Shown here: piece by piece, positions 47,373-55,564 of the stretch
Position numbering within the stretch: the stretch's first letter is position 1
Layout: the number at the start of each line of letters is the position of its first letter
DNA from: an uncultured Clostridia bacterium
GTDB taxonomy: Bacteria; Bacillota; Clostridia; Christensenellales; UBA3700
Direction of reading: 5' to 3'
NCBI GenBank assembly: GCA_937880755.1
Contig: CALGRX010000017.1
Span: forward strand, 26,737-90,736
Length of the DNA stretch: 64,000 bases
Position numbers and translations under genes: made by a program
The notes under the pieces: generated by a model
Told to the model about the DNA's origin: nothing
Seen by the model: the letters and a program-made list of their open reading frames with translations, nothing else
The model's database searches: none

Positions 47373-48200
47373 ATGCAAGAGTGGAAGATTCAACTTGATA
47401 AGGCTTATGCAAGCTTGAGGGCGCAAGTCGACTTCGAGCCCAAGGTAGGTATAGTGCTCGGCTCGGGATTGGGCGGATTTGCAAACTCTATCGAGGTAGT
47501 CAAGATCTTGCCGTATAGCTTAATCGATGGTATGCCGCTTAGCACCGTAGAGGGACACGCGGGACAATTCGTCTTCGGCTATATAGGTGAGGTTCCCGTA
47601 GTGGCTATGCAAGGAAGACTGCACATGTACGAGGGCTACACTTCTCAAGAGGTCGTAATGCCTATTAGGCTTATGGCTAAGGCGGGGGCTAAGTATCTCG
47701 TAGTTACCAACGCCGCGGGCGGAATAAGCTTTAGAGATATAGGCACGCTTATGCTCATCACCGACCATATATCGAGTTTGGTTGCCTCTCCTCTCATCGG
47801 CACCAACTACGAGGAGATGGGTGTGCGCTTCCCCGATATGACGCACGCATATTCGCAAGAACTTGCCGATATCGCTAAGGGGGTGGCTGTAGAGCATAAT
47901 ATAGACCTCAAAGAGGGCGTATATATGCAATTCTACGGACCACAATTCGAGACTCCCGCCGAAATAAGAATGGCGCGCGCAATGGGCGCGGACGCGGTTG
48001 GTATGAGTACTACGGTAGAGGTAATTGCCGCAAAACATATGGGTATGCAAGTACTTGGAATATCTTGTATCACCAACCCCGCCGCAGGACTGTCGCAAGG
48101 CACGCTGTCGCACGTTGACGTTCAACACGCCGCCGATATAGCCGGGGAGAAGCTGGGACTTCTCATTAGAGAAACGATAAAGAGATTGTCTAGCGAGTAA
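47373..48200 (+). CDS. punA: Purine nucleoside phosphorylase (trimeric PNP family)
   Basis: GIVLGSGLG, VEGHAGQFVFG, QGRLHMYEGY, GADAVGMSTVxE-type block. AGGGGAAGGA SD before ATG 47373. Confidence 0.85.
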   Translation: MQEWKIQLDKAYASLRAQVDFEPKVGIVLGSGLGGFANSIEVVKILPYSLIDGMPLSTVEGHAGQFVFGYIGEVPVVAMQGRLHMYEGYTSQEVVMPIRLMAKAGAKYLVVTNAAGGISFRDIGTLMLITDHISSLVASPLIGTNYEEMGVRFPDMTHAYSQELADIAKGVAVEHNIDLKEGVYMQFYGPQFETPAEIRMARAMGADAVGMSTTVEVIAAKHMGMQVLGISCITNPAAGLSQGTLSHVDVQHAADIAGEKLGLLIRETIKRLSSE

Positions 48201-48302
48201 GGTATTACCACCAAAGTAAATATATACGGTAGCCGACCGCCTATAACAAGCAACCGACTACTTAATAAGCGCGACAAACAATCGACCACCTTTTTGGTCT
48301 TC

Positions 48303-48536
48303 GACAGCGAGTGAATAGCGTAATGCAACAAGTATAATAAGAAGCCGCAAAGTGCTTGACAAACATCGACTACTCTATAGACGCACGACAGCGAGTGCTT
48401 AGCGTAATGCAACAAGTATAATAATAAGCCGCAAAGTGCTTGACAAACATCGACTACTCTATAGACGCACGTCAGCGAGTGCTTAGCGTAATGCAACAAG
48501 TATAATATTAAGAAGTTGCAAAGTGCTTGACAAACA
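48303..48536. repeat. 84-bp tandem repeat, about 2.8 copies (units start at 48303, 48387, 48471), with a degenerate partial copy upstream around 48272
   Basis: Direct reading: GACAGCGAGTG(A/C)(A/T)TAGCGTAATGCAACAAGTATAATAA..GCCGCAAAGTGCTTGACAAACATCGACTACTCTATAGACGCAC repeats with few substitutions. The third unit has a 3-nt insertion. Confidence 0.9.
48334..48533 (-). promoter_or_regulatory. Three tandem promoter-like elements on the minus strand, one per repeat unit
   Basis: On the minus strand: TTGTCA-17 nt-TATTAT (48334-48362), the same (48418-48446), and TTGTCA-17 nt-TAATAT (48505-48533). Hexamers and spacing are kept while the spacer bases vary. Confidence 0.4.
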
Positions 48537-48662
48537 GTCGGCATACGATAAAACAACTTTAATGCGATTGCTCACAATACTACTAAGAAAAGAAAATTTG
48601 TTAGTCAAAGCGACGGCAAATCAATATAAAATCACGCCTAATAATAGACGAAAGGGAAAGCA

Positions 48663-49961
48663 ATGAAGTATAGAATCTACAATGCAAAAATATTGACTGC
48701 CGAGCACGGCTTAATTGACGGAGAAATGTGGGTAGAAGGGGGCAAAATCACCTTTTTGTCACAATGCTCGCCACTTATTCTCAAGCCGTGGGATAGAGAG
48801 ATAGATATGCAAGGCAATCTGGTGATGCCGTCTTTCAAGGACGCGCACGCCCATTCGCCTATGACCTTCCTAAGGTCGTTTGCCGATGATTTACCACTCG
48901 ATAGGTGGCTGTTTGACAAGGTTTTTCCTTACGAAGCTTGCCTTACGGGCGAGGATTGCTATTGGCTTAGTAGACTTGCGATTTTGGAGTATTTGTCTAG
49001 CGGTATCAGCGCAGTGAGCGACATGTACTTCTATTTGGACGACATAGCAGGTGCATTCGTAGACAGCGGTATGCGCAACGTAATTATGGAAGGCATAACG
49101 CAAGGCAACGGACCTAAGGACAAGATGTGGGTAAGGCTAGACGAGGGTAGAAGAAACCTTGACGGCAAGGGCGGACTAATAGAATATAGATTGGGTATAC
49201 ACGCCGAATACACCAACGACCTAAGCAATATAGAAGCATTCGCCGAGTATAGCAAGGTCAACGATATGCCCGTATGTATGCACATATCCGAGACCAAGTC
49301 GGAAGTGGACAACTGTATCAAGAAGTACGGAAAGTCGCCTATAAAACTAATGCACGATATGGGTATGTTGGATAGAGGCGCAACGTTATATCATTGCGTG
49401 CATCTATCCGACGAGGATATAGATATCATAGCGCAAGACGGGGCAAGCGTGGTGAGTTGTCCTGCCAGCAATCTAAAACTTGCAAGCGGTATCGCGCCAC
49501 TAGAAAAGCTTAGGAAAAAGGGCATTAATATAGGACTTGGCACCGACGGCGCGGCTAGCAACAATAGCCTTGATATGTTGAGAGAAACCTATCTTGCAAC
49601 CACCTTGCAAAAGTATCTAAATAACGACGCTTCCGCCCTACCTGCCGACGTTGTGCTCGATATGGCGACAAAGGGTTCGGCTAAGGCAATGGGACTCAAA
49701 GATTTGGACGGACTATACGTGGGCGCGCAAGCCGACCTATGCGTAATCGACCTAAATAAACCTAATATGCGACCTATCAACAATATCGTCAAAAACGTGG
49801 TATACGCAGGTAGCAAAGCCGACGTGTTGATGACGATGGTTGCGGGAAAAATCAAGTATGAAAAGGGCGAGTACTTCGTAGGCGAGAGCGTGGACAAGAT
49901 ATATTCAATGGCGGAGAAAATTACCGCGCGCATCAAAAAGCAAGTCAAATCGGGCAAATAA
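48663..49961 (+). CDS. mtaD: Amidohydrolase, 5-methylthioadenosine/S-adenosylhomocysteine deaminase-like
   Basis: PSFKDAHAHSPMT, GLGTDGAASNNSLDM, HCVHLSDEDI. Confidence 0.75.
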   Translation: MKYRIYNAKILTAEHGLIDGEMWVEGGKITFLSQCSPLILKPWDREIDMQGNLVMPSFKDAHAHSPMTFLRSFADDLPLDRWLFDKVFPYEACLTGEDCYWLSRLAILEYLSSGISAVSDMYFYLDDIAGAFVDSGMRNVIMEGITQGNGPKDKMWVRLDEGRRNLDGKGGLIEYRLGIHAEYTNDLSNIEAFAEYSKVNDMPVCMHISETKSEVDNCIKKYGKSPIKLMHDMGMLDRGATLYHCVHLSDEDIDIIAQDGASVVSCPASNLKLASGIAPLEKLRKKGINIGLGTDGAASNNSLDMLRETYLATTLQKYLNNDASALPADVVLDMATKGSAKAMGLKDLDGLYVGAQADLCVIDLNKPNMRPINNIVKNVVYAGSKADVLMTMVAGKIKYEKGEYFVGESVDKIYSMAEKITARIKKQVKSGK

Positions 49962-50177
49962 TAGCGACAACCCAAGTCCAATAGAAATAGCTGCCAAAAG
50001 TGTGTTTTGCGGACAATCACTAATATGGCTCGAATATAAGCAAAAGTACGACCAACGACTATGATTAAGATAGTATGGCGATGACCAAAAGTGCGACTAG
50101 CGACTAGAATTAAGATAGCGCGATAACGGACAGAAAGCACGGCTTATGAAAAATAAAATAAGCGTGAAACAGTAAAA

Positions 50178-50213
50178 CTTGGCAAAACAACCAAACTTGG
50201 CAAAACAACCAAA
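50178..50213 (+). repeat. 18-bp perfect tandem duplication CTTGGCAAAACAACCAAA x2
   Basis: Read directly from the sequence. It produces the AKQPNLAKQPN repeat in the long version of the next ORF. Confidence 0.9.
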
Positions 50214-50238
50214 CACGATAAGGAAGATTAGTGACCAT

Positions 50239-50727
50239 ATGAGTACTGTCAAAGACAACAAAAAACTAAAAATAGCAATGCTCGTGATAGTTACGCTATT
50301 AGTCGTGACGGCGGTGTTTTTGACGATATTCCTCGTGGAAAAAAACGACAAGAGCAGATGGGAGAAGAGCTATATCGGTCAAGTCAATGACGGTAGCGCA
50401 ATGCAGTGGTCGGTAGCGAGCGTGGACTTTGCAAGGACCATAGACGGCAAGAACGCAAGCGAGGGCAAGATATGGGCGGTGGTGCAGATAGATATGACGA
50501 TGCTCAAGGATAAGACTATCTCCCCTATTGACTTTGAGCTTAGCGGTGTATCTCCCGACACTACGATAGAGAGTTGCCTTGCGAGTAAAATCAAAGCCAA
50601 AAAGGGCGAAACAAAAGTAATTAAACTTGCCTTTGAGGTAGAGGAAAGCGGAGCGGAACTAAAACTGTATTACGGCGAATACGCAGTAAATATTGGCAGT
50701 AGTATGCAAGGCACGCCTATACAATAA
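50239..50727 (+). CDS. Membrane-anchored extracytoplasmic protein (DUF4352-like beta-sandwich)
   Basis: N-terminal TM IAMLVIVTLLVVTAVFLTIFLV. The mature part has a KGETKVIKLAFEV...LKLYYGEY pattern. ATG 50239 is preferred over TTG 50179. Confidence 0.55.
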   Translation: MSTVKDNKKLKIAMLVIVTLLVVTAVFLTIFLVEKNDKSRWEKSYIGQVNDGSAMQWSVASVDFARTIDGKNASEGKIWAVVQIDMTMLKDKTISPIDFELSGVSPDTTIESCLASKIKAKKGETKVIKLAFEVEESGAELKLYYGEYAVNIGSSMQGTPIQ

Positions 50728-51056
50728 ATGTCGAAAAGTCGATACGTATCGCAAATAACACACGTTTAGGTAGTCACGCTATTTGGTGATCGAGTAAATA
50801 TTAGACTTATATAAGTTAATGCGTAATGACGATTATACAGAAAAACGTAAGAGCTTGGTCGACAGACGGATTGGATAAATCACAAGGGTATGCGTCAAAC
50901 GATAAAAAAGTAAAATCGCATACGGCAAAAAATTGAGACTACTTACCATTGACTAACTCAAGTCAAAGAGGTATGCAAAATATTACAAAAACGGTAGTGC
51001 CAAAATAGTGCAATACCAAAGATAACAAAATAACTAGAATTAGATAGGAGCAACAA

Positions 51057-52631
51057 ATGTTACAAGTCAACGACCTTTATTTGCAATTCGGAGGAAGAAA
51101 ACTCTTCGAGGACGTCAACCTCAAGTTTACCGAGGGCAACTGCTACGGCGTGATAGGTGCCAACGGAGCGGGTAAGTCCACCTTCCTCAAAATTTTGTCG
51201 GGAGAACTCGAGCCAACCAGAGGCACCGTGTCCATAGGCAAAAATCAAAGAATAAGCGTGCTGGAACAAAACCAAAACAAGTACGACGACTGCACCGTGT
51301 TGAGAACGGTGTTGATGGGACACAAGCGACTCGTGGAGATTATGGACGAAAAGGACGCTTTGTATTGCAAGGAGGACTTTGACGAAGCCGACGGTCTCAA
51401 AGCCTCCAAACTCGAAGAGGAATTTGCCGAACTCGGCGGTTGGGAAGCCGAGAGCGACGCGGCGTCACTGCTCAATGAACTAAAGTTTGGCGAAGAATAC
51501 CACTATATGTTGATGAGCGAGCTTGACGGTAAACAAAAAGTCAAGATTTTGCTTGCGCAAGCCTTGTTTGGCAATCCCGACATTTTGATACTAGACGAGC
51601 CTACCAACAACCTTGACGCCAAGACGATAATGTGGCTGGAAAAGTACCTTATGGAGTTCAAAAACACCCTCATCATCGTGTCGCACAACCGTCACTTCCT
51701 CAACAAGGTGTGTACTCACATCTGCGACGTGGACTACGGTCAAATCAATATGTTCGTGGGCAACTACGACTTTTGGTACGAGACCAACCAACTGCTGGCT
51801 AAGCAGGCGAGAGAAGCCAACAAGAAAGCCGAAGCGAGAGCCAAAGAATTGCAAGAATTTATCGCAAGATTTTCTGCCAATGCAAGTAAGTCAAGGCAAG
51901 CAACTTCACGTAAAAAGGAACTTGAAAAACTCACTCTCGAAGATATCAAGCCGTCTAGTAGAAAGTATCCTTATATCAACTTCGACTTTGACGGAGAACC
52001 GGGTAAGGACACCTTGACGGTGGAAGGTCTAACCAAAAAGGGTTTCTTCGAGGACGTGAGCTTTACCGTGCAAAAGGGCGAAAAGATTGCCATCTTGTCC
52101 GACAAATCCATTGCCGTATCTATGTTGTTTGACGTTATTATGGGCAAAGAGCAACCCGACGCGGGCATAGTAAAATGGGGCAAGACGATAAATCCTAGTT
52201 ACGTACCGCAAAACTTCGACAGTTTCTTCGACGGGGTGGACTTGACGCTCGTGCAATGGCTCAACCAATACAGCAAGGACAATACCGAAAGTTACCTGAG
52301 AAGTTGGCTGGGTAGAATGCTCTTCTCGGGAGAAGAGGCACTCAAAAAGGCTAAGGTACTGTCGGGTGGCGAAAAGGTGAGATGTATGATGGCAAGGGCT
52401 ATGCTACAAGCCGGCAACTTCCTAATCTTGGACGAGCCTACCAACCACCTCGACCTCGAGTCGATACAAGCCCTCAATAAGGGTATGATAAACTATAAAG
52501 GCAGTATGCTGTTTGCCTCGCACGACCAAGAACTTATGCAAACGGTGGCAAACAGAATAATAGAAATCAACGGCACTAAGACCTTTGATAAACTGACAAC
52601 GTACGAGGAATATCTCGATATGATAGACTGA
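51057..52631 (+). CDS. ABC-F family ATPase (two ABC domains, no TM)
   Basis: Two Walker A sites (GANGAGKST and a degenerate second), two LSGG signatures (MSELDGKQK / LSGGEKVR), and a Lys/Glu-rich interdomain linker. Confidence 0.8.
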   Translation: MLQVNDLYLQFGGRKLFEDVNLKFTEGNCYGVIGANGAGKSTFLKILSGELEPTRGTVSIGKNQRISVLEQNQNKYDDCTVLRTVLMGHKRLVEIMDEKDALYCKEDFDEADGLKASKLEEEFAELGGWEAESDAASLLNELKFGEEYHYMLMSELDGKQKVKILLAQALFGNPDILILDEPTNNLDAKTIMWLEKYLMEFKNTLIIVSHNRHFLNKVCTHICDVDYGQINMFVGNYDFWYETNQLLAKQAREANKKAEARAKELQEFIARFSANASKSRQATSRKKELEKLTLEDIKPSSRKYPYINFDFDGEPGKDTLTVEGLTKKGFFEDVSFTVQKGEKIAILSDKSIAVSMLFDVIMGKEQPDAGIVKWGKTINPSYVPQNFDSFFDGVDLTLVQWLNQYSKDNTESYLRSWLGRMLFSGEEALKKAKVLSGGEKVRCMMARAMLQAGNFLILDEPTNHLDLESIQALNKGMINYKGSMLFASHDQELMQTVANRIIEINGTKTFDKLTTYEEYLDMID

Positions 52632-52645
52632 TAAGGAGAACAATT

Positions 52646-53134
52646 ATGAACGACATCGACAAAAAAATTCTTGACATTTTGAAAAACGACAGCCGTATTT
52701 CGGCGGGTGCAATCGCGGCAATGCTCGGTATGGAAGAGAGCGAAGTGACCAAGAGGATAGAGGATATGCAAGATAGCGGAGTGTTGGTCAAATATACCGC
52801 CGTCATCAATAGCGAACTCACTCAAGACGAGAGCGTGACGGCTCTAATCGAGGTCAAAGTTACGCCTCAATCCACTCACGGCTTTGACAATATCGCAAGG
52901 GAGATTATGGCTTACGAAGAAGTGTCGAGCGTGTACCTTATGAGCGGAGCGTATGACCTCGTAGTGATAGTCGAAGGCAAGACTATCAAACAAGTAGCGG
53001 GATTTATCTCCGAGAAGCTGTCGGTAATGGAAAACGTTTTGTCTACGGCAACCCACTTTATACTCAAAAAGTATAAGTCTGAAGGCATTATTCTAGACAA
53101 AAAATATACAAAGAAAAGAGAAGTGATAGCATGA
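52646..53134 (+). CDS. Lrp/AsnC family transcriptional regulator
   Basis: DKKILDILKNDSRISAGAIAAMLGMEESEVTKRI HTH plus a C-terminal RAM-like domain. Confidence 0.8.
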   Translation: MNDIDKKILDILKNDSRISAGAIAAMLGMEESEVTKRIEDMQDSGVLVKYTAVINSELTQDESVTALIEVKVTPQSTHGFDNIAREIMAYEEVSSVYLMSGAYDLVVIVEGKTIKQVAGFISEKLSVMENVLSTATHFILKKYKSEGIILDKKYTKKREVIA

Positions 53135-54318
53135 ATTACGACAAGTATCTAAGCGAGAAGGTCAAGAATATCAAGCCTTCCGGTATAAGAAAGTTCTTCG
53201 ATATGGCGGCAACGAGCAAGGATATCATATCCTTGGGCGTGGGCGAGCCCGACTTCGAGACGCCGTGGGGCGCAAGAGAGAGAGCCGTCAAATCGATAAG
53301 ACAGGGCGAGACGCAATACACCGCCAACAGCGGTCTGATTGCTCTTAGAAAAAAAATTGCCGAATATCAAAAAGTGCGATACGGTTTGACTTATGACGCC
53401 GAAAAGGAAATAGTGGTGACGGTGGGTGCAAGCGAAGCAATCGACCTTGCTTTCCGTGCCTTAATAGACCCCGGGGACGAGATTATCATACCCGACCCAA
53501 GCTACGTGTCTTATGCGCCTAGCGTGGTGATGGCGGGCGGTGTGCCGGTGGGTGTAAAGTGCGAGATGAAGGACAAGTTTGCCCTCGGCGTTGAAAACCT
53601 AAAAAAAGCTATTACGTCAAAGACCAAAGCTATCGTGTTGCCTTATCCTAACAATCCTACGGGCGCGATTATGACCAAAGAGGAGCTGGAAGCCATAGCT
53701 CCGATTATCATAGAAAACGACTTGATGGTGATAAGCGACGAAATATACAGCGAGCTGACCTACGGTATGGTACATACGTCTATTGCAAGCCTGCCTGATA
53801 TGAGAGAGAGAACTATCGTAATCAACGGATTTAGTAAGGCATTTGCCATGACGGGTTGGAGATTGGGATACTTCTGCGCTCCCGAGCCTCTCACTAAACA
53901 AATGCTCAAAATTCATCAATACGTCATTATGTGCGCGCCGACCGCAGCTCAATACTGTGCCCTCGAAGCTTTGGAATCGGGACTGAAGAACGACTTTACC
54001 GACGTGGCTAGAATGAGGGACGAGTACGATATGCGTAGACGCTACCTGGTGCACGAGCTCAACGAGATTGGACTTGAAACCTTCGAGCCGAGAGGAGCTT
54101 TTTACGTCTTCCCGAAAGTGAGCAGTCTTGGTATGACGGGCGAGGAGTTCGCAAGTAGACTTATCAAGGAGCAAAAGCTTGCCGTAGTGCCGGGAAATGC
54201 CTTTGGCGACAACGGCGAAGACTTCGTAAGGATTAGTTACGCATACTCTATAGACAGTCTACAAAAGGCTATGGTTAAGATTAGAGAGTTTGTAAAACAA
54301 AACGTTATCAAAAAATAA
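53131..54318 (+). CDS. Class I/II PLP aminotransferase (AlaT/AspC-like)
   Basis: SKAFAMTGWRLGY (PLP lysine) and PNNPTG. The pairing with an AsnC regulator resembles B. subtilis alaR-alaT. Confidence 0.8.
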   Translation: MNYDKYLSEKVKNIKPSGIRKFFDMAATSKDIISLGVGEPDFETPWGARERAVKSIRQGETQYTANSGLIALRKKIAEYQKVRYGLTYDAEKEIVVTVGASEAIDLAFRALIDPGDEIIIPDPSYVSYAPSVVMAGGVPVGVKCEMKDKFALGVENLKKAITSKTKAIVLPYPNNPTGAIMTKEELEAIAPIIIENDLMVISDEIYSELTYGMVHTSIASLPDMRERTIVINGFSKAFAMTGWRLGYFCAPEPLTKQMLKIHQYVIMCAPTAAQYCALEALESGLKNDFTDVARMRDEYDMRRRYLVHELNEIGLETFEPRGAFYVFPKVSSLGMTGEEFASRLIKEQKLAVVPGNAFGDNGEDFVRISYAYSIDSLQKAMVKIREFVKQNVIKK

Positions 54319-54375
54319 ATTATGATTATAAAAATAATCTTTTTGTAAAAAAAATAAAAGTTTGTCGAAAAAGTA

Positions 54376-54404
54376 TTGACTATGGAAAATATGAGTGATA
54401 TACT
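54376..54404 (+). promoter_or_regulatory. Strong sigma-A promoter with extended -10 in a gene-free region
   Basis: TTGACT (54376-54381), 17-nt spacer ending in TGA, then TATACT (54399-54404). Confidence 0.6.
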
Positions 54405-54410
54405 GTCCTT

Positions 54411-54503
54411 GACGATAGAAAAAGAAAGCTATCGCACAAAGTTACTCATAATTTTCCCCCTTATATAAAGAATTGCGCAATCGCTGAGGTTGCGCTTTTC
54501 TTT
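54411..54503 (+). ncRNA. Candidate ~90-nt small RNA with an exposed C-rich motif
   Basis: Predicted transcript from the promoter above. 5' hairpin CGATAG..CTATCG (54413-54434), single-stranded UUUUCCCCCUUAU (C5 at 54456-54460), and terminator GCGCAA..TTGCGC plus TTTTCTTT (54475-54503). No ORF. Confidence 0.45.
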
Positions 54504-54911
54504 AGTGCTTTAGATTTCTTATTGGTTATATTATTTTCGGTAACCAGGTCTTTTTTAATCTTTTTTGCTTATTTTTGGCGATAAAACTAAGAGTATAAGA
54601 GGAATTATAACGATTTGCTATGGTAAGAGAGATAAAATAAGCAGATTTGGTCGTAGACTCAAAGGATAGAATAGGATTTGACAACCCTTCCACCGCGGAG
54701 CGGTCTTTCTTACGGCATAGGTACGAGTTAGGCAAGAAAGAAGCGAGGATTGGGCGATAGGAGCATACTTGTCGTATGCGACTAAGCACAACCGCACACT
54801 CGATAAAGCAAAACGAAGTAGATATGCCCTAAGACACCCTTCTAGAACACATAGGGCGGCTTTTTGTAAGGATAGAGATTCCCACGCCTTACAAGTAAGG
54901 CTCGGAATGAC

Positions 54912-54979
54912 AAAAAACCTACGTCTTGCCGTTCGGCAAGCCACCTCCATTTGGACGAAAGAGGCTTTTGCAATTTTCT
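54912..54979. terminator. Composite hairpin flanked by an A-run and a U-rich tract (possible bidirectional terminator)
   Basis: CCT/AGG and CGTC/GACG outer pairs enclose CTTGCC-GTTC-GGCAAG (54918-54964). AAAAAA lies upstream and TTTTGCAATTTT downstream. Confidence 0.35.
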
Positions 54980-55027
54980 ATGTGGATATATTTATATTTT
55001 TTCGACACGCTATGTCAATTGTGCTAG

Positions 55028-55067
55028 TAAAATAAAAATGAGGAGAAAAGTCGTCTTCTCTCCTCAT
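55028..55067 (-). terminator. Rho-independent terminator of the 32-aa ORF
   Basis: On the minus strand: ATGAGGAGA ... TCTCCTCAT, a 9-bp stem, followed by TTTTTATTTT. Confidence 0.75.
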
Positions 55068-55117
55068 TACCACTTATCAGGTGGTCAGTCGTCATTTAGA
55101 CGATATATGCAACGTCA

Positions 55118-55216
55118 TTAGTCGTTGCTTTTGGTGCATTTGCCATTCTTTTCGGTACTTTCGGCTTTGCATTTGCAGCCTTTGGTAGCCTTGTTTTGCA
55201 TCTTGTTCTTAGTCAT
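55118..55216 (-). CDS. Unlisted 32-aa Lys/Cys-rich microprotein
   Basis: Own translation: MTKNKMQNKATKGCKCKAESTEKNGKCTKSND. Perfect AAGGAGG lies 7 nt upstream of the ATG, and a dedicated terminator follows. Confidence 0.6.
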   Translation of the reverse strand: MTKNKMQNKATKGCKCKAESTEKNGKCTKSND

Positions 55217-55419
55217 CGTGCAACCTCCTTTGATAAGCTAATTATATTGTTGGCAATTATAAGAAAAATATCCGTGATAGTGATGGTGACAAATTTTGGG
55301 TTTTGTATGGTGCAGTGTTGTTGTCGTAGTACTAAAAATTAGGTTGGATCGAATTGATAAATAGTAGGTTGGAAAAATATTGAAAATAAAATTTGAAAAT
55401 AAAAAATGTCGAATGGATA

Positions 55420-55448
55420 TTGACGGACAAAAAAAATAGAATTATAAT
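55420..55448 (+). promoter_or_regulatory. Sigma-A promoter of the SPFH operon
   Basis: TTGACG, 17-nt spacer, TATAAT. It leaves a structured leader of about 110 nt. Confidence 0.6.
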
Positions 55449-55564
55449 TAAAAGAGGTGATACATATAAATGTACGCATGCGTCGGATTGACCGAGTGAT
55501 GAAAAGCGTTGATTGGTCATACTCGAGCCGACTAATATTACGCAAGTAGGTTGAGGAGTAAATT

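Noticed and set aside
48122-48556. 144-codon minus-strand ORF with a thrice-repeated 28-aa peptide (LLYLLHYAKHSLSCVYRVVDVCQALCG)
   Set aside because: It is a by-product of the 84-bp (28-codon) tandem repeat. It has a TTG start and no Shine-Dalgarno sequence, overlaps the punA 3' end antisense, and has implausible composition.
54526-55035. Track ORFs 54526-54789(-), 54618-54950(-) and 54769-55035(+) as coding; also RNase P RNA, tmRNA, SRP RNA or a T-box as the identity of this region
   Set aside because: The ORFs lack an SD and look like random translations. I could not find GAGGAAAGUCC (RNase P), the tRNA-like GGUUCGA...CCACCA end (tmRNA), the SRP domain IV motif or GGUGGUACCGCG (T-box) on either strand.
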